Shown: positions 1-14,794, numbered from the stretch's first letter. The stretch: DNA of 64,000 bases from Amoebidium appalachense (GCA_963693365.1 CAVNZM010000011.1:1844989-1908988); one strand, 5' to 3'. The notes: generated by a model from the letters alone, not told the origin. Translations and numbers: made by a program.

Positions 1-75
1 AGGTTGAACACCCCGATGTCGGCCGTCATCTGGTGAAACCCACCCAGTCAGATGCATTGTCATTTGCACCCTTAT

Positions 76-127
<52 letters not shown>

Positions 128-484
128 ACAAAAAAAAAAAAAAAAAAAAAAAACCTTCCCCCTCCCTTCTCTCCTATCCCCCCCCCCCCCCCCCCCCCCC
201 CCCACACACACACACCCCCCCCCCCCCCCCCCCCCCCCTCACCCCCCTCCGCCCTCCCGGCGCTTCCTTGCATAAGTTAGAATCAACCAACCACCGAACC
301 AGGGGAGGGGAACAAAAGGGGGGAGTGTGAGGGGGAGGTGGGGAGGCGGGGGGGGGGGGGGGGGAGCACAAAAGGGTGGTGGTCGCACTGCCCTCGTGCC
401 TCTACATGCACCTGAAAATACGAATGCACAACACCATATATAGCATGCTCTGTATTCCCTCTCTGAAGGCCCGCTCTGCCTCAC

Positions 485-562
485 CCCCTCGTGTGGTATA
501 ATTTTCGCTTTATCTCCCGTTGGCCCAAAATTATCACAAACAGGGGCCAACTGGTTTTGTGT

Positions 563-602
<40 letters not shown>

Positions 603-849
603 TTTTTTCCTTCTTTTTTTTTTTTTCCGTTTCTTTTTTCCGTTTCTTTTTCCTTTCTTTCTTTCTTTCTTTCTTTCCTTCTTTCTTTCCTTCTTTCTTT
701 CTTTTTTTTTCTTCTTCCTTCCTTCCTTCCTTTTTCTTTTCTTTTCTTTCCTTCTTTCTTCTTTTCTTCTTTTCTGTTTTTCTTTCTTTCTTTTCTTTTC
801 TTCTTCTTCTTCTTCTTCTTCTTCTTCTTCTTCTTCTTCTTTTTTTTTT

Positions 850-881
<32 letters not shown>

Positions 882-2378
882 GGGGGGGGGGAGGGGGGGG
901 GGGCGAGGGGAGGTCTTAAGGACACCCACCTCCGTATAGGCATCTTCTTCGCCCCCCTCCTCCTGAATGGCTGCTGACTGCGGCAGAGCCAATCTCTTTG
1001 TCTGTTGGTGCCTTAAAGCATTCACTGTGTTCTGGTGCTGTAGAGCATTGAGTGTGCTCTGTTTCTTTAAGGTCTTGATTTTTGTCGATGGTGAAAGTGA
1101 GCCCTGGTCTTGTGATTGGGTGGATTCGATGCAGTGGTTGAGTTCGCATTCCAACGTGGCGACGATTGATTGGCTGTTGGGGCGGTCGGAGGATTCCCAG
1201 GCCCAGCAGCTGAGCATCACTGTGTGTGTGTGTGTGTTAGTGTGTGTGTGTGTGTGTGAGTGTGTGTGTGTGTGTGTGTGTCTTGGTGTTAGCAGGCGAG
1301 CATCAAGAGGCAACGGGTTGAAACCACACAATTTGTCTATACCACCAGCTGATGGAGAAGAAAAATGGAGTAGGCCAAGGGGCGAAAGGGCGGTGTGCAC
1401 AAAAGGGGAGCTAGCCGACATTTAGGTGGACATGTGTGTCTACGTGTGTGTGCACAAAAAGGGAGCTAGCCGACATTTAGGTGGACATGTGTGTCTACGT
1501 GTGTGTGCACAAGCAGGTGGGCCACGGATTCGGACACCGTGAGCATAGTGCACACTGACAGTTATGAATAGGGAAGGGAGGGGCAGGAGAGGGTATTGGA
1601 TAGCGGTGGGATATATCTTACGTTGATATACGGAGTCCGGGCAGCCCTCGGGCTGCTTCAATCTGATATTGTAGGAAAGGCCTTCGAGCATCACAGACAT
1701 GAACGATTGGCCGGGGACAGGGTGGAAAAGCGTGCCGTAGGGGATATCTCCATAACTGAATGTCTCCTGGTGGGGCAAAAAACGATGCGATTAGATAGCC
1801 TGAAAATGGATATACGCTATATGCGAGGAATGGTTGGCAGCCATGGTTAAAGGGATAGGACATGTATCTACTATACAATGCATAGCCGAGGTCCATGGGT
1901 CTATGCGAATTTTGGTGTGGATATATATGAGGACAAAGCATTTATGCAGCAGGCCAGTTACTAGGTATGATAGAATAAGTGAGCCCCTCAACATGGCATA
2001 CATTTGACACCACACGGCATGTATCTCGTTTATCTGAAGGCGGCAGGGATAGAGGTTGATGCTTTTGATAATCACGTGGGTGGTGGTTGTGGGGGGGAGG
2101 GGGGGGGGTGGGGGGGGGGGGGGGAGAGGGGGGAGGGGTGGGGGGGGAGGGTTGGGTTGGGAGGTTTAAATGCATGCGACATCACAAGGGAGAGGAAGGG
2201 GAGGTGGCAAGAGGTGTGTTTTGTGTGGTGGGGGGGGAGGAGGGCAGCACAAGGAGAAATGAAGTGCGAGTCACATGTGTATTGTGCATGTGGACTCATG
2301 CACACATTGTGTGTGTGTGTGTGTGCGTGTGCGTGTGCGTGTGCGTGTGTGCGTGTGTGTGTGTGCGTGTGCGTGTGC

Positions 2379-2429
<51 letters not shown>

Positions 2430-5400
2430 GCATGCACGAGTGTATTTTTGGAAGGAGGGGGAGGGAGGGAGAGGGGGCGCGGGGGGAGGGGGGGGGGAGG
2501 GGGGGGGGGGGGGGGGGGGCAAAACACGGACCCAGAAAGTAACCCCCATGGACCAGATATCCGTCTTGTTGCTAAAAATAAACTGCTTCAGACTCTCTGG
2601 CGCCCACCATCTCCCCGGAACCTTGGCCGTGTCCTTGAAAATCGTCTGTTGAGCCCCCCCTTCAATTTGCTGGGCAAGACCCAAATCGGATAGTTTTGCA
2701 ATCGGAAATCCGTTTGCCTCGATGCCCTTCTTTGATATGAGGATGTTTCTGGCCGCAATGTCGCGATGCACGATGGGGGGGTCTAAACTGCCTGTAGGTG
2801 AATTCGGACAATCAGATATTTGGGCGGCAAGATACAAAATATGAATGACCAGCATTGTTAAGTCGTCATAAAAGTCAACTAGCAGCAGCCCCCCCCTCCC
2901 CCCCCCTTCCCCTCCCGAGGGTCGAATACACAAAGATCGGTATTATGCATATAAGGGTGTGCTTGGGTTGAAGAAAGGAAAGGCACGAGCTGGGTGGGGA
3001 GGGGGGTGTGGGTGGTGGTGAAGGGGGGAAGGGGGGGGGGGGGGGGGGGGGGGAAGTTGAAAATAGTACAAGGAGGCTGACCCCTCTAAGAAGCAAAACA
3101 TGTAGGAACCGAACATGTGTACAGGAAAGAAGGGGGGGGGGGGGGGGGGGGGGGGAGAAGGGGGGAGGGGGGAGGGGGAAAGGGTGGGGGGGCTAATACC
3201 GAGATAATCCACGGCACGTGCCAGCTGCAGACAGTACCAAACCAGCTGGGGGGTGTCCATTTTCCGACCACACTTCAGCAAATTTCCTCTCAGATCCCCC
3301 ATGTCCATGAACTCCAGCAGCAAATACTGCTTTGGACCCCCCTCGTCGGTGGTTTCGGCATTGTCGTAGCTCATGCCGTATATTCTTACTATATTTGGGT
3401 GGTTTAGTCGTTTCATTAAAGTTGCCTCCCGTACGAAATCGTCCCGGGCCTTTTCGTTCTGCACTTTTGTTTCTTTTATCGCACATTCCACGGCCTTGTT
3501 TTCAATGTATACGACCCCCTTTTGCACCACCCCGAATTCTCCCTGGCCCAAAACCTCCAAACACACAAACCGATCGCGGGCAATCGTCCCTTCCTCCTTC
3601 CACAATCGGTCGAGGGCCTGTTCGGCATCTGCGGAATCGAATTCCACCCACTGTTTTTCCCGTTTAATCTTCTCGATCGTCTCCAACATCCGTTTTTCCG
3701 CTGACTTTTTCCCGCGTTTTCGTGCATACATAAACATGGCCACCAGCGCCAAGATCAAAAACACCAATATTCCAATTACGATTCCCGCAATCTGACCTGC
3801 CGATAATCCTGTGTCGGGGGGCTCCGCACACACTCGATTAGAGGTCTCCGTGGGTTCGGAGATTGTAATCTCCCCAGGTTTACAGGTTTTCACTTTAAGG
3901 CACGTCCCGTACGGTTTCCCGTATTTCGAACCCTGTCTGGTGACGTTACCCTGCACGTCGAGGTAGTACCCTTCGTCACAGGTCACACACCTGTTTTGCC
4001 GTGGATTTGAGTTAGGCATAGCACACATACGTCTGATGTGTTCTACCTTTAAATGCGCCACGTGCGGGGAGCTGGCGACCAGGGAATGGGAGAGAAAAGG
4101 CGGTTGCAAAGACACATAATATGCACTGAGAGAGAGAGAGAGAGAGAGGGGCACACTGTTACACACACACACATTCAGCAAGAGAAGTATAGACCTCAAC
4201 CAAAGAGGAAAGAAAGCTGGAGAGTTTTGGCTGCAATGAGAACAAAAGGGAGTCGAAAGCAGAGTTTTGATTGCAGAAGGGGAAAAAACCGACGGGAAGT
4301 GGAACTCACCTTACACCCTTTGTGAAGTCTGTCTGGTTGTAGGCACACCCATCGACGGAATAGAGACACCCGACAGGCTGCTGGCACTCATCCTCACAAT
4401 TAAGGCCCGTCCAGCCAAGGGGGCAACTGCACACAGTGTCGGCATTGGCTTCGCACTCTGATACAACCTGTTTAATGATAAAAATTATAAATTATGATGT
4501 TTTGGTGTCCCCTGTGTAGTGCTATAGCTAGCTAGAGGTGAGACTGATTTTTCGGCCTAGTCACAACAAATCTCTCCTCAATGACCGTGCAATTCAGCTG
4601 TTATATGAAACCAATTTATGTGCTCACAGATCCACTCGTGCCCCCCCCCCCCCCCCCTCCCCCCCCCCCCCCCCCCCTCCCCTCCCTCCTCCTCCCTCCC
4701 TTCACCCTCCTCCCCACACATTTCCAGACCACGGTCCATCACACAATGAAACAGACACACCATAAAGACACACTGTGAGTTGACACAAAAGATCACAAAG
4801 CACATACTGAGGTCGAGCAAGGGACGGGGGGGAGGGGGAGGGGGAGGGGAATAAGGGGGGGGGGGGGGTTAGAATGTCTTTTTTACTTATTTACTTAATT
4901 TACTCATTTTTTTTTGGGTGGGTGGGGGGGGGGGGGGAGGAGGGGGAGGGGGGGGGGGATAGAAGGGGGGGGGGGGAGGGAAGAATAGGGGGAGGGGGGG
5001 GGGGGGGGGGGGATAGGAGGGGGATAGGAATGGGGGGGGGGGCACAATGCACACACCTGGCCGTAACCACAGCCACTGCATGTCTTGCACGTGCCATTGG
5101 CCGACAGATAGTAGCCGGACAGACACACGGCACAGCGGCCCTCACTCTGCCCGTCAGGCACAAACGGACACGGCTTGCTCGTGTCAACCTGAGATGGAAG
5201 GGACGGATGAGGGGAGAGTGGGGTGAGAGTTCTAGGAGACGATTGGTTTACAACAAACCTTCTAGCCATATATAGAGAAGTTTGATGATTTGATAGTGAT
5301 TGTATTGGCAGATTTAGGTCGTTCCGATGCAGCTCTGATTTCGCTGGATGAAAATGCACTAAGAGTGGAGTTCATCCTACGAGAGGGACCCATTCACCTT

Positions 5401-5514
5401 GCACGCCAAAAAACAATTCAGGCACTGCTTCCGCCCAAGGAAGAAGGCGGGGAGGGGGGGAGGTCTGTATAGTTACGTATCCATGGGTGGTGTGAGCCTG
5501 TGGTTGTCCAACCC

Positions 5515-5556
<42 letters not shown>

Positions 5557-6132
5557 CTCCCTCCCTGCCTCCCCCCCCCCACACACACCACCCCCTCCAC
5601 TCACCACTTGGCAGCTCGGCCCAGCCTTGCAGGCCGTAGTGCACCCCTCACCCGTTAATCCGACCGGGCATTCGCAGACCGTATCTTCAAAGCTAGTGCA
5701 ATTTCGCACTATTGAGCCCCCCCCACAGCCCGAGCATTTTGCGCACGTGTATGCGTCGATTTGGTATGAATCTGGCTCCTTGCAGCGGCATTCAAACCCC
5801 AAATATGCGGCTCCCGGATCGGCCTTTTCGCAGGTGGTCGTAATCGGATCGCATCCACGACCACCGGGCCAGGGACAGGCGCAGAAATCTTGGGTGGAGT
5901 TGTAATCGTTGCAGATTTCGCCAATCGCAGTGGCCTGCACCAATCAGATTGGTTAGTTAAAAACATGAATACTGCATCTCATATATGGTGGTGTTTCGGT
6001 GACTCACATATAAGACTCTGGTGTTTCTGATAAGAGGTTTTGGAATTTCTGGTGCAGATGTCTATTGGTGGGCAATCTGCAAGAAGAGTGGTTGGTCGGT
6101 CTTTGTAGGGCACAAAGGGACAGAGAAGAGGT

Positions 6133-6227
<95 letters not shown>

Positions 6228-6657
6228 TGGGGGAGGAGCAGGGAAAGGGGGAAAAGAGGAGAGGGGGTAAGGAGGGGAAATGAGGGGTAAAGAGAAAGTA
6301 TGTACACACCTCCGTGCACGATCCTTCGGCAATGTTATTCTCAAAAGTCGTATTTTCGATCCGAAATCCCGTAAATGAGGTAGTGAGCAGGGCACTGCCA
6401 TAGCCAAAGGCCACGTTGCAGGTGAAATTGCTCCCTGTGACGTTGCCACCTGTCCGGGTACCCACAGCACCAGGGCCGGAATTTGACCCGATATTTCCCA
6501 AAAACAGCGTATTTATGATGGTGGCACGTTCGGCGACCACCGCACCGGTCACGTCGGCATAGTTCTGCGTTTGATGGTGGGTTAGAAGAAAACAAACAAA
6601 ACACACACAAGAAAAAACAAGGGTGGGGTGGGATGTGTGTGTGTTTAGGGAGAGGGT

Positions 6658-6703
<46 letters not shown>

Positions 6704-8825
6704 GGGGGGATATTAAAAAGAAAATGGAGACAGGGAATGGGGTAAAGGGTGTCCGACGCGACACTGAATAAAGGAAGATTGGAGAGAAGGAGTAAGGAAG
6801 CAGGAATGGGGGAGGAAGGGGGGGGGAGGGTAGAGTACATTAGCCGTATCACATGCCTAAGCCCCCCCCCCCCCCCTCCCCCCTGCCCTCCCCCCTCCCC
6901 CTCGGGGCTCCGACCCCTTCTCATGCATGTGCAGATCACTGCAGTGCTCACGACTGCCTGCTCTTGTTCGTGCATGTTGTAGCCTGTGCCAGTCTGCTTA
7001 GCAGGAGTACATGAAAAAGCAGAGGTGCCTAGGCTCACAGAAGGTGGAGGAGCTTACGGTTTTGTGTGTGGTATGTGGATGTGCATGTACATGTGTGTGA
7101 GTGTGTGTGTGTGCGTGTGTGCGCGCGCGCATGTGTGTGTGCTGTGAGTGCCACCATGTGCATGTTGGTGAGAATTATTAGGTTCATATGTCTGCGCACA
7201 AAACATGTGCACAGCTGATGTGTGCATGAAAACGTTCTCCTGATTGCTTCCATGTGGCGTGGAACGTGTCATTCGAATATGTTACGACCATATCTCGGCA
7301 TCAGTACACATTCTCTAGTGCTAGCTCAAAGGGGGGGGGGAGACGCTGTTGAGTTCTCGACAAGGAGAGCCTTAGCCCCCCCCTCCCCCCCCCCCCCCTC
7401 TCCCTCCCCCTCCCCCCCCCCCCCCCCCCCCCCCCCACCCCCTTCTCCCCCTTTCTTCTTGCAAGTTCTGTTTTGGATGTGGTGGTGGTGGCGGTGGTTG
7501 GTTTTAGAAATGGGAGGGAAGGGGGGACGGGGGGGTCCTACATATGAAAAATTGCTGTTCTTGAGAGTGAGCATTGGGCCGACAGCAAACACAGCACCCC
7601 CCCACTGTGAAAAGTTGTCGACAAAAGTGGCGTTGTCTAAGCTCACTGCCCGATCGTGCTGATCGGAGTAGATCGCACCCCCGATTGCTCTCCCTTCCGA
7701 TCGACCGGGCTCCCGTACCATAGCGAAATTCGAGTCGAAGACGCTGTGACTGACAGCCAATGAAATGGGGGTGACCCCTTCGACATACGTGATATTAAAT
7801 GCCGACAGAAGGAGTTTTTGCCCATCTTCGGTTTCTTCGATAGTGCCTAGAGCTATTGCACCCCCCCCGATGTCGTAATTTGTGGTTCGCGCCATAGCTG
7901 AATTGTTGATGAATATGGCGTTGGTGACGTTGGCGCTACCCGGATACTCTGTGGTGAATGGTGGTATAGGGGGATTGGTTAGCCATTTGTAGTGTTGTGG
8001 AGGCAGGGGGGGAAAGGTTGGGGTTGGGATGGGGGTTGTGGTAGCGGGGGCTGGGGAGGGAGGGGGGGGGGGGGGGGGGGAAGGCCATGGAGTGCGCAGG
8101 ATGAAGTACAAGTTCCCAATGGGCAACATCATGTGGATACACAAAAAAGAAGACGCACACGCACACGCACACGCACATGCACACCAGATTGTGTCGCATA
8201 ATGTGTATTTGTGTGTGCGAGCACGGTTGTATGTGTTTATGAGTCTGGACCCTGTGCCTATATACGGTAGCTGGATGGTGGGATTGGTGCTAGGATTTGG
8301 CACGCAGTACACCGCCCACATATACAGGGGGAGAAAACTGAAGACACCGGTTTGCGCATCGTAAGCAAAATGCAGGCCAAATTTTCATGCTGCATAGTTC
8401 TATGAGTGTTAGGGAGATATACACACCCACAAATATGGCCCCCCCGTTCCTTCGTGCCGTGTTGTTACTGAAAATTGACGGCTGAAAAGACCCCACCACC
8501 GTGACATTTCCAATGCTCATCACGGCACCCCCCTCGGGCAAAAACACGAATTTTGAGGTTGTGATGTTGGGCCTGGCAATGTTGTTTTCAAAGGTGCACC
8601 CGTCTATTAGGGTGTATGTTTCGACCAGCATTGCACCCCCCCTGTACGCAACATTTCCACGGAAAGTTGAATTTACGGCGGTTGCGTCTCCAGCATATAT
8701 GGCGCCTCCCTCTCCGTTGGGTGCACGGTTGCGCTCAAAAATGCAGTTGGCAACGTTGGCAAGACCCTCGGCTGTTTGTTGTAATTTCGTTTTGTGAAGG
8801 TCCATGTTTGTGGGTGTGGGTGTGT

Positions 8826-8891
<66 letters not shown>

Positions 8892-9102
8892 GGGAGGCCG
8901 GGGGGAGGGAGGGGGGGAGGGGGATGTGGGGAGGAAGGGGGTTCCAGTCCGTTATATTATATTATATTTTATTTTATTTATTTATTTTTTTATTTTTTTT
9001 GGGGGGGGGGGGGGGGGGGAGTGAATGTGTGGTGTGAGCGCGTGTGTGTGAGTGTGAGTGTGAGTGTGCGGCTGTGTGCATGTGCATGTGCATGTGCATG
9101 TG

Positions 9103-9193
<91 letters not shown>

Positions 9194-9653
9194 GCGTGTG
9201 CGTGTGTGCGTGTGCGTGCGCGCGTGCGTGCGCTTGTATGTGTGTGTGTTGGGAGGGAGAGGGCAGGTGGGGTGGGGGGTGGGGGTGGGGGGGTAAGTGG
9301 AAGAATTATGAATCGCCACCAGACAATGTGGACAGAGAGAGAACGGTCGTGGCTGATTTGGCCACATACATTGCACCGAAGAGCGACACGGGGGCAAGGA
9401 CATGAAACGTAAAAGCGAACAGTTACATGCCCCGCTAGTATTATGTGAATGTATGCAGAGCACTGGGGGGGGTGGGGGGGGGGGGGGGGGGGGGGAGGGG
9501 AGGGGAGGGGCTTGGGGGAAGTGGGGGGGGGGGGGGGGGGGGGGGAGGGAGGAACACAGGGGGAGAGGCTGTGCCCATTCTGTCTTTGCGCACTAATGTA
9601 GATGTGCCACGGTGTATGTGTTGCATTGCGAGGGTAGGTGGGGTTGGAGAGGG

Positions 9654-9688
<35 letters not shown>

Positions 9689-11063
9689 TGTGCATGTGTG
9701 TGTGTGTGTGTGTGTTTTGGGGGGGGAGGGGGGGAGGGGGGTGGACAGTACTGTTTATAGCGCCCCCATCATGGACCGCATATCCATCGGATATTGTCGA
9801 ATCTACCACGTAAAATGATGAATCCGAGGAAAGAGTCCCCCCCCAGTCTGCACTGTGATTGGTGAAGTTCGATCCGAACACAAACCCCTCCCCCTGAAGC
9901 CATGATTGCACCCCCCTGACTATATGCATATTGCAAAAACCCCAAGTGTAAACTTGCGCTGTTGTTATTTATGAAATTTGAGGAAAAGGTGCTGCTGAAA
10001 ACCCCCAGAAGACCCATTCCAAGCACGGCCCCCCCGGCGGTACCGGCATAATTCTCCAAAAATACGGAATCTTTGATGGATAGATCGTTCCGCCCAAAGA
10101 CGGCTCCTCCCGAAAGCAAAAACCGATTCGCTTCTGTCTGGATATCCTCTTCGGTTATGTTAAAATCCGCGTTATTGCTCCGAAAAGTCGAATTCGCAAT
10201 ATAGAGTTTTCCCGAAGAGAACACCGCTCCTCCAAACCACCCGGAATTATTTACGAATACAGAATTCGTAATGGTGGCAATACTGCTTCCGTTGAAGCAC
10301 ACAGCACCGCCCCTGCCCGTTCCTGCGTGATTTGTAAACGTGGAATTTGAAACGTGAATTCCAGCCCCCCCGTTTGGATTGTAGACCACCGTGCCGTAAT
10401 ACAAACCCGCACCATTGGACCCCGTATTGCCGTCGAAAGTTGAATTGTCGATGATTACCGCATCCGTATCCATGAAATTTACCCCAGTGTTTTCAGGTGT
10501 GAACTCCTGTGAGGAGGCAGGGGAAAGGGGCGCATGTACGTGTACGGACAGGTGGATTTTAGTGGTTATGTTTGGGGGGGAAAGGGGGGGGGGGGGGGTG
10601 TTGGGGGGGGGGGGGGGGAGGGGGAGAGGGGAAAAGGGGGGGGGAGGGGGGGGAGGGGGAAGAAGGGGGGGGGGGGGGGGGGGGGGAGTGGTTGCATCAG
10701 TTGGTTGCACAGTTTGTATAAACTTTGGCATAGCATAGCCAAGTGGCGCTGCGTTTGAAAACCCGCCAAGTGTTCTTTAAATAAGGCAAACCCGAGGAAC
10801 TATTTCGTAAAAACGGTTGAGAACCAAAAGAAAAAAAAACAAGAGGGAGGTCGAGCTACAAACACAGCAAGGGATTCAGGGGATGCGAATGTGCGTAACC
10901 CTTGGGAACAAAGGGTGAAGAATGAGAGGGTATAAAGTAGAGCCTGCCTGCACCCCTGCACATGTGTACAAACACGACATGATGACACTCACAAGTATGC
11001 ACAAATACGGCTTGCGGTCGTGAATTCTTAGCCAATTCAAAACTTCCTCATCAACCCCGGCCT

Positions 11064-11118
<55 letters not shown>

Positions 11119-11790
11119 CCCCCCTCCCCCGGAAATCCCAAATACGCCCACACAATACAGACCAGCAGCACTCACCAGATTCTTCGCAGCCACTGTTACA
11201 CCCCAGACCTCCACACTCTGAAACCACGACACTTTGAGTGCCGGCGCACATCCCGCGAATTTCAAATTCCCAACGGCCAAAGTCGGCCTTGAAAAATTCT
11301 GAAGGACCTGTGGGCCACGGAGGGTAATTCCGGCCGCATTCTCGCAGGCCACCTTTGGCTGGCTGCCACTTGTGCCGGGGCACCCTATGAGAGCAATCAG
11401 TGTCTGAGGCTGTTGGGCGGGAGTGGCCGAAGTTATCCATGGTATGATCATAGACGCGTTGGTAATGTTGGCACCGTCCGCTACTAAGAACTCGGCACGA
11501 AACTCGGTTATTCCTGTTTCCCATTTTGAGAAGGCCGCGTTCCATGCTTGTTGCAACGAGATGTAACATGTGTTGTCGTTAACTAATTGAAGCGTGCACC
11601 CGGGTGAGAGCTGGGAACACAGAGAGGCCAGGTCTCTTCTGTAGGTGGGCACCCTTTGGAAAGCGGGGGGTGTGGGGAAGGTGGAGTTGGGGGGTGCCTT
11701 GTGCAAGCCATGGGCAACATGGGCAAACGAAAGTGAGAGGAACAGTAAGTATACGAAGAAATGAGCTATATGGGGCTTGGACTTCCCCAT
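485..11790 (-). CDS. Multi-exon receptor tyrosine kinase: signal peptide, Pmp-like parallel beta-helix (GGA[IV]/FxxN) ectodomain, Cys-rich repeats, TM helix, tyrosine kinase domain
   Basis: Phase-consistent GT-AG exons read by eye: 11790-11176, 10506-9752 (one extra G near 9890), 8771-8427, 7948-7542, 6564-6310, 5934-5605, 5188-5057, 4467-4310, 3990-3200, 2791-2532, 1766-1622, 1219-930, 550-485. Last exon(s) uncertain. N-terminal MGKSKPHIAHFFVYLLFLSLSFAHVAHG; TM IAGIVIGILVFLILALVAMFMY; kinase motifs GQGEFG, AIK, HRDIAARN, DLG, PGRWWAPE, DIWSMG, LMLSCW. Confidence 0.9.
1393..1512. repeat. Intronic ~55-bp tandem duplication
   Basis: tgtgcacaaaa(a)gggagctagccgacatttaggtggacatgtgtgtctacg occurs twice in tandem. 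Confidence 0.85.
2532..2791 (-). CDS. RTK exon: catalytic loop and activation segment
   Basis: IVHRDIAARNILI...KLSDLGLA...PGRWWAPES...DIWSMGVTFW; HRDxAARN is the tyrosine-kinase signature. Confidence 0.92.
3200..3990 (-). CDS. RTK exon: last Cys-rich repeat, transmembrane helix and kinase N-lobe
   Basis: ORF 2943-4199 trimmed by acceptor aaacag| (3991) and donor G|GTATTAG (3199); contains VLGQGEFGVVQKG, CAIKE, HPNIVRIYG. Confidence 0.9.
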
Positions 11791-13463
11791 ATTGGCAACG
11801 GCTCTGTTGTTGTTGCCTTCCAAGAGTATGAGGGTGTGGTGTTCTTTCTCGGAACCTAGGGGCGTTTTGAGAGTTGCCAGTGCATGTTCATTATATATAA
11901 ACAGATCTAATAATGATATGTCATATTCTAGTGCCAACCGCGGGTGTGTAGCTATTAGAGTAGGGTAAGAGTCTTCCTTTTTCAACTAGATTGTTTTCTC
12001 CTTTTTCTTTTCTTTACCACTGAACGCGTGAATGTTGGGTTTAGTAACGGCAAGCTGGCAAGTGCCGAACTCATCCTTCGTCAGACTTCCCATGGGCAAC
12101 GTTGAAGTCACGGTTGCAATTGCAGATCCGTCACTAAACAGCACATTCCTCCCATCCTCCAATACCTCCAGGAATTACGCTGACGACTTGTTGTTGTTTT
12201 TTGCGCAAAACACATACCAAATTCTCATAGCCATAATGGCATTTCTTTTTTCTTCAAAAATAAGATAATGTTTATTCTATTATTACTATTTATGAAGACA
12301 TCATTCATAGCGTGTTTCGTGGATTAAATTCGCTTTTTTTTTTTTAAAAAAAAGAAAAAAAAAGAAAAAGCAAAAAAAAGGAACTGACGTGGATAACCTA
12401 TAGCACAGGGCCCCGTGACAGGGGGATTCCGTGAGGTAAAATGGTAGCTTCTTATTGGTGCAAAGTGTAGCACGGCGGATCCCCAAAGACTTCCAGTTGT
12501 CGATGCGTGCGCATGCGTATTGTGTGGCTAACACTGGCGAGCTCATATCAAGTTCAAACGTTATTCGAGCTCTGAAATCTCTCGTTTTCCGTGCCTTTTT
12601 ATAATTTATATAGCCATTATAAAAAAAATTACAGTTGTGCAAATATCTATAGTTGAACATTAATCAATTTAAAACACAGACCTCGTAAACAAGCCTTCAC
12701 TACAACTTCAACTGCTACAAGCACCAGGGAACGAGGTCCAGCGTGATACAACTCCACATTCCTCGAAGTTAAAAGCTACCGGGCTTCTCCCAAATCAGCT
12801 AACTACAGCCAATCAATCGATTCGTAGGTTCCGGTGTTAGGACCGCAAAAACACCAACTACTATTGTAGTAGCCTATACGGCGGATACGGTTAGAGAGTC
12901 TCGTTCATACATAGATTCGTTTATTCGTAATGTGGTGTGGTGTAAAAACGCAAAGATGATTATGGATTGGCGGTGTAATCGGTTTCTGGTGTCTCCTGCA
13001 CGTATGTGTAATATGTGTGGGGGGCGGTTTACTCGGCTGCATATCTATCAACAAGTGCAACCTGTTAGCTAACGTATTAGAACCGGAGGTTATTGGCGGT
13101 TTTATTCTCTTTTTTCCTCTCTTCCTCAATATATCCGTTTTAAGATGACTATCCTAGATCACCTTATTAATGCTGCACAGTATGATATTGTGATCCGGTG
13201 CCTTAACTTTCTTTCGGAGCTACCGATGCTAGCCTCTGCTTACCCATAATTATAATATGTAATAGGGGTGTCATACACTACGATGGCGCTCATTGTTGCC
13301 TAGCATGTCCATATGTCACTGGCTGCATTTGATTGGCTGCGCTGGAAAACTCCCTACGCAGTAGGCCGTCGAATGTGGCTGGGCCTCCAACAGTGTCCAC
13401 GCAATAAAAAGTGTGTAAACCCCTCATGCTAGCCGAGCTGGGGCGCCCTTTCCAATTTTCAGG

Positions 13464-14185
13464 AAAACTTTTCTTTTGATTGGATTTATTCGACGGAAAG
13501 ATATGCAAGTATGCACGGCATACTGAGAAGACAATAAAAACTTCACGAGTTAGCCAGTAACAAGTGCATACTGAGATACCTGAACACTGTGTGAAAATCA
13601 TATAAATACTCAATGTGACAACCAACAGAATTCAACAAAAAGTCAAGAGTGTTCACATTGCCAGCTAGTGTAGCAGACAACCGTAGGGAAAGAGGTAAAA
13701 CGCGACATAAAAACTCACACCTATCAACATGTTAGCGAACAAAAAGTTCAGCACAAAAGTGGCACCAGTGGCGATGAAAACAAGAATTACAGCGCCACTG
13801 CACAACTTCCCAGGCAATTTCAACATCAGACCACCATAGTTACAGACTTATTGTACTTATCCTAGTAGGGTGGTATCCATACGTACAGCAGGAGAAATGT
13901 ATCCTGCCAAAGCTCCCAAAAAGCGATAATGATCAGTACGGTGTTGCCTAAGGAACACAACACATGCCGACTGAGTTTTACCTTTGATTTCTCTATCAGA
14001 ACGAGAAAGAAACTTATACTGCGTATAGTAATAACGCGAAAAGGCAGAAAAAACAGGAAGAGAAAAGAAAGAGGGAGTGAGATAGCGAGAGGAAGAATCA
14101 GGTTGAAAGACGGTAGGCTGAGGACATTCAGAAGTAGCGTTGGTGAATCGGGGGGGAAGAGGGATGGACTCTGAGGGAGGGGGGG
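13464..14185 (-). mobile_element. Decayed LINE (family B), 3' part, split by the LTR element
   Basis: Colinear with 44318-45040; the sequence resumes at 37762 after the LTR element. Translation resembles the C-terminus of the LINE ORF at 24843-26420 (QWRCN..C..C...F). Confidence 0.75.
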
Positions 14186-14794
14186 TGTTGTATAATATGA
14201 TCGTGTGTCTGTGACAAACAATATGTTTATATATGAACGGGGTTGACTAGACCACGCTTTGCTTAGTTACGTGCTAGTCCTACTTACACCTAGTAAGCCG
14301 AGCACACTGAGTGAGCTCTGAAGCCCCCGACATGCCCTTATATCGGAGCTCGCACAGCGGCTCAGACATGCGCATCGGTATGTGCTTTTTGGCTACGAGA
14401 GCCAATCACATACGGTTCACGGTTCTGTCCCATGGCTATCACGGTTCCAATAAACCTAGTGAGCCAATCGGGTGACAGTACTTGATTATCGATGCATTCC
14501 ACAGTCATACCTCACGGCTACTTGCATATTTTCCCATGATAAAACTATAACTTAACGCTCATGGTTCCTCTACTACGTGTCGTCCCATGTGGCTATTATA
14601 TCTGTTTTCCCATGAATAATCCTGCAAGTTGCACGTGCACATATGTTTAACTCCATGCTCATGCGCACAAGACTGGGGGAGACATGCATACTGGCCTACC
14701 TAAGATCAAACACAGTGGTATATATACATGTACACGTGTGCGTATATCTCCACCTGTGTACATCCATACTAGATATCCGGTATAATATACCACA
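14186..14794 (-). repeat. 3' LTR of the chromovirus
   Basis: tgttgtataatatga...tataatataccaca; by eye differs from 37152-37761 only by a 1-nt indel (tcgtccc vs tcggtccc). Preceded on the minus strand by a short purine-rich tract (cggtggggcg). Confidence 0.95.

Noticed and set aside
9880-9900. Programmed frameshift or pseudogenisation of the RTK (similar cases at ~20045 in gag and 61779 in ClpX)
   Set aside because: Each is a single extra base in a homopolymer, more simply explained as long-read consensus error; needs short-read confirmation.
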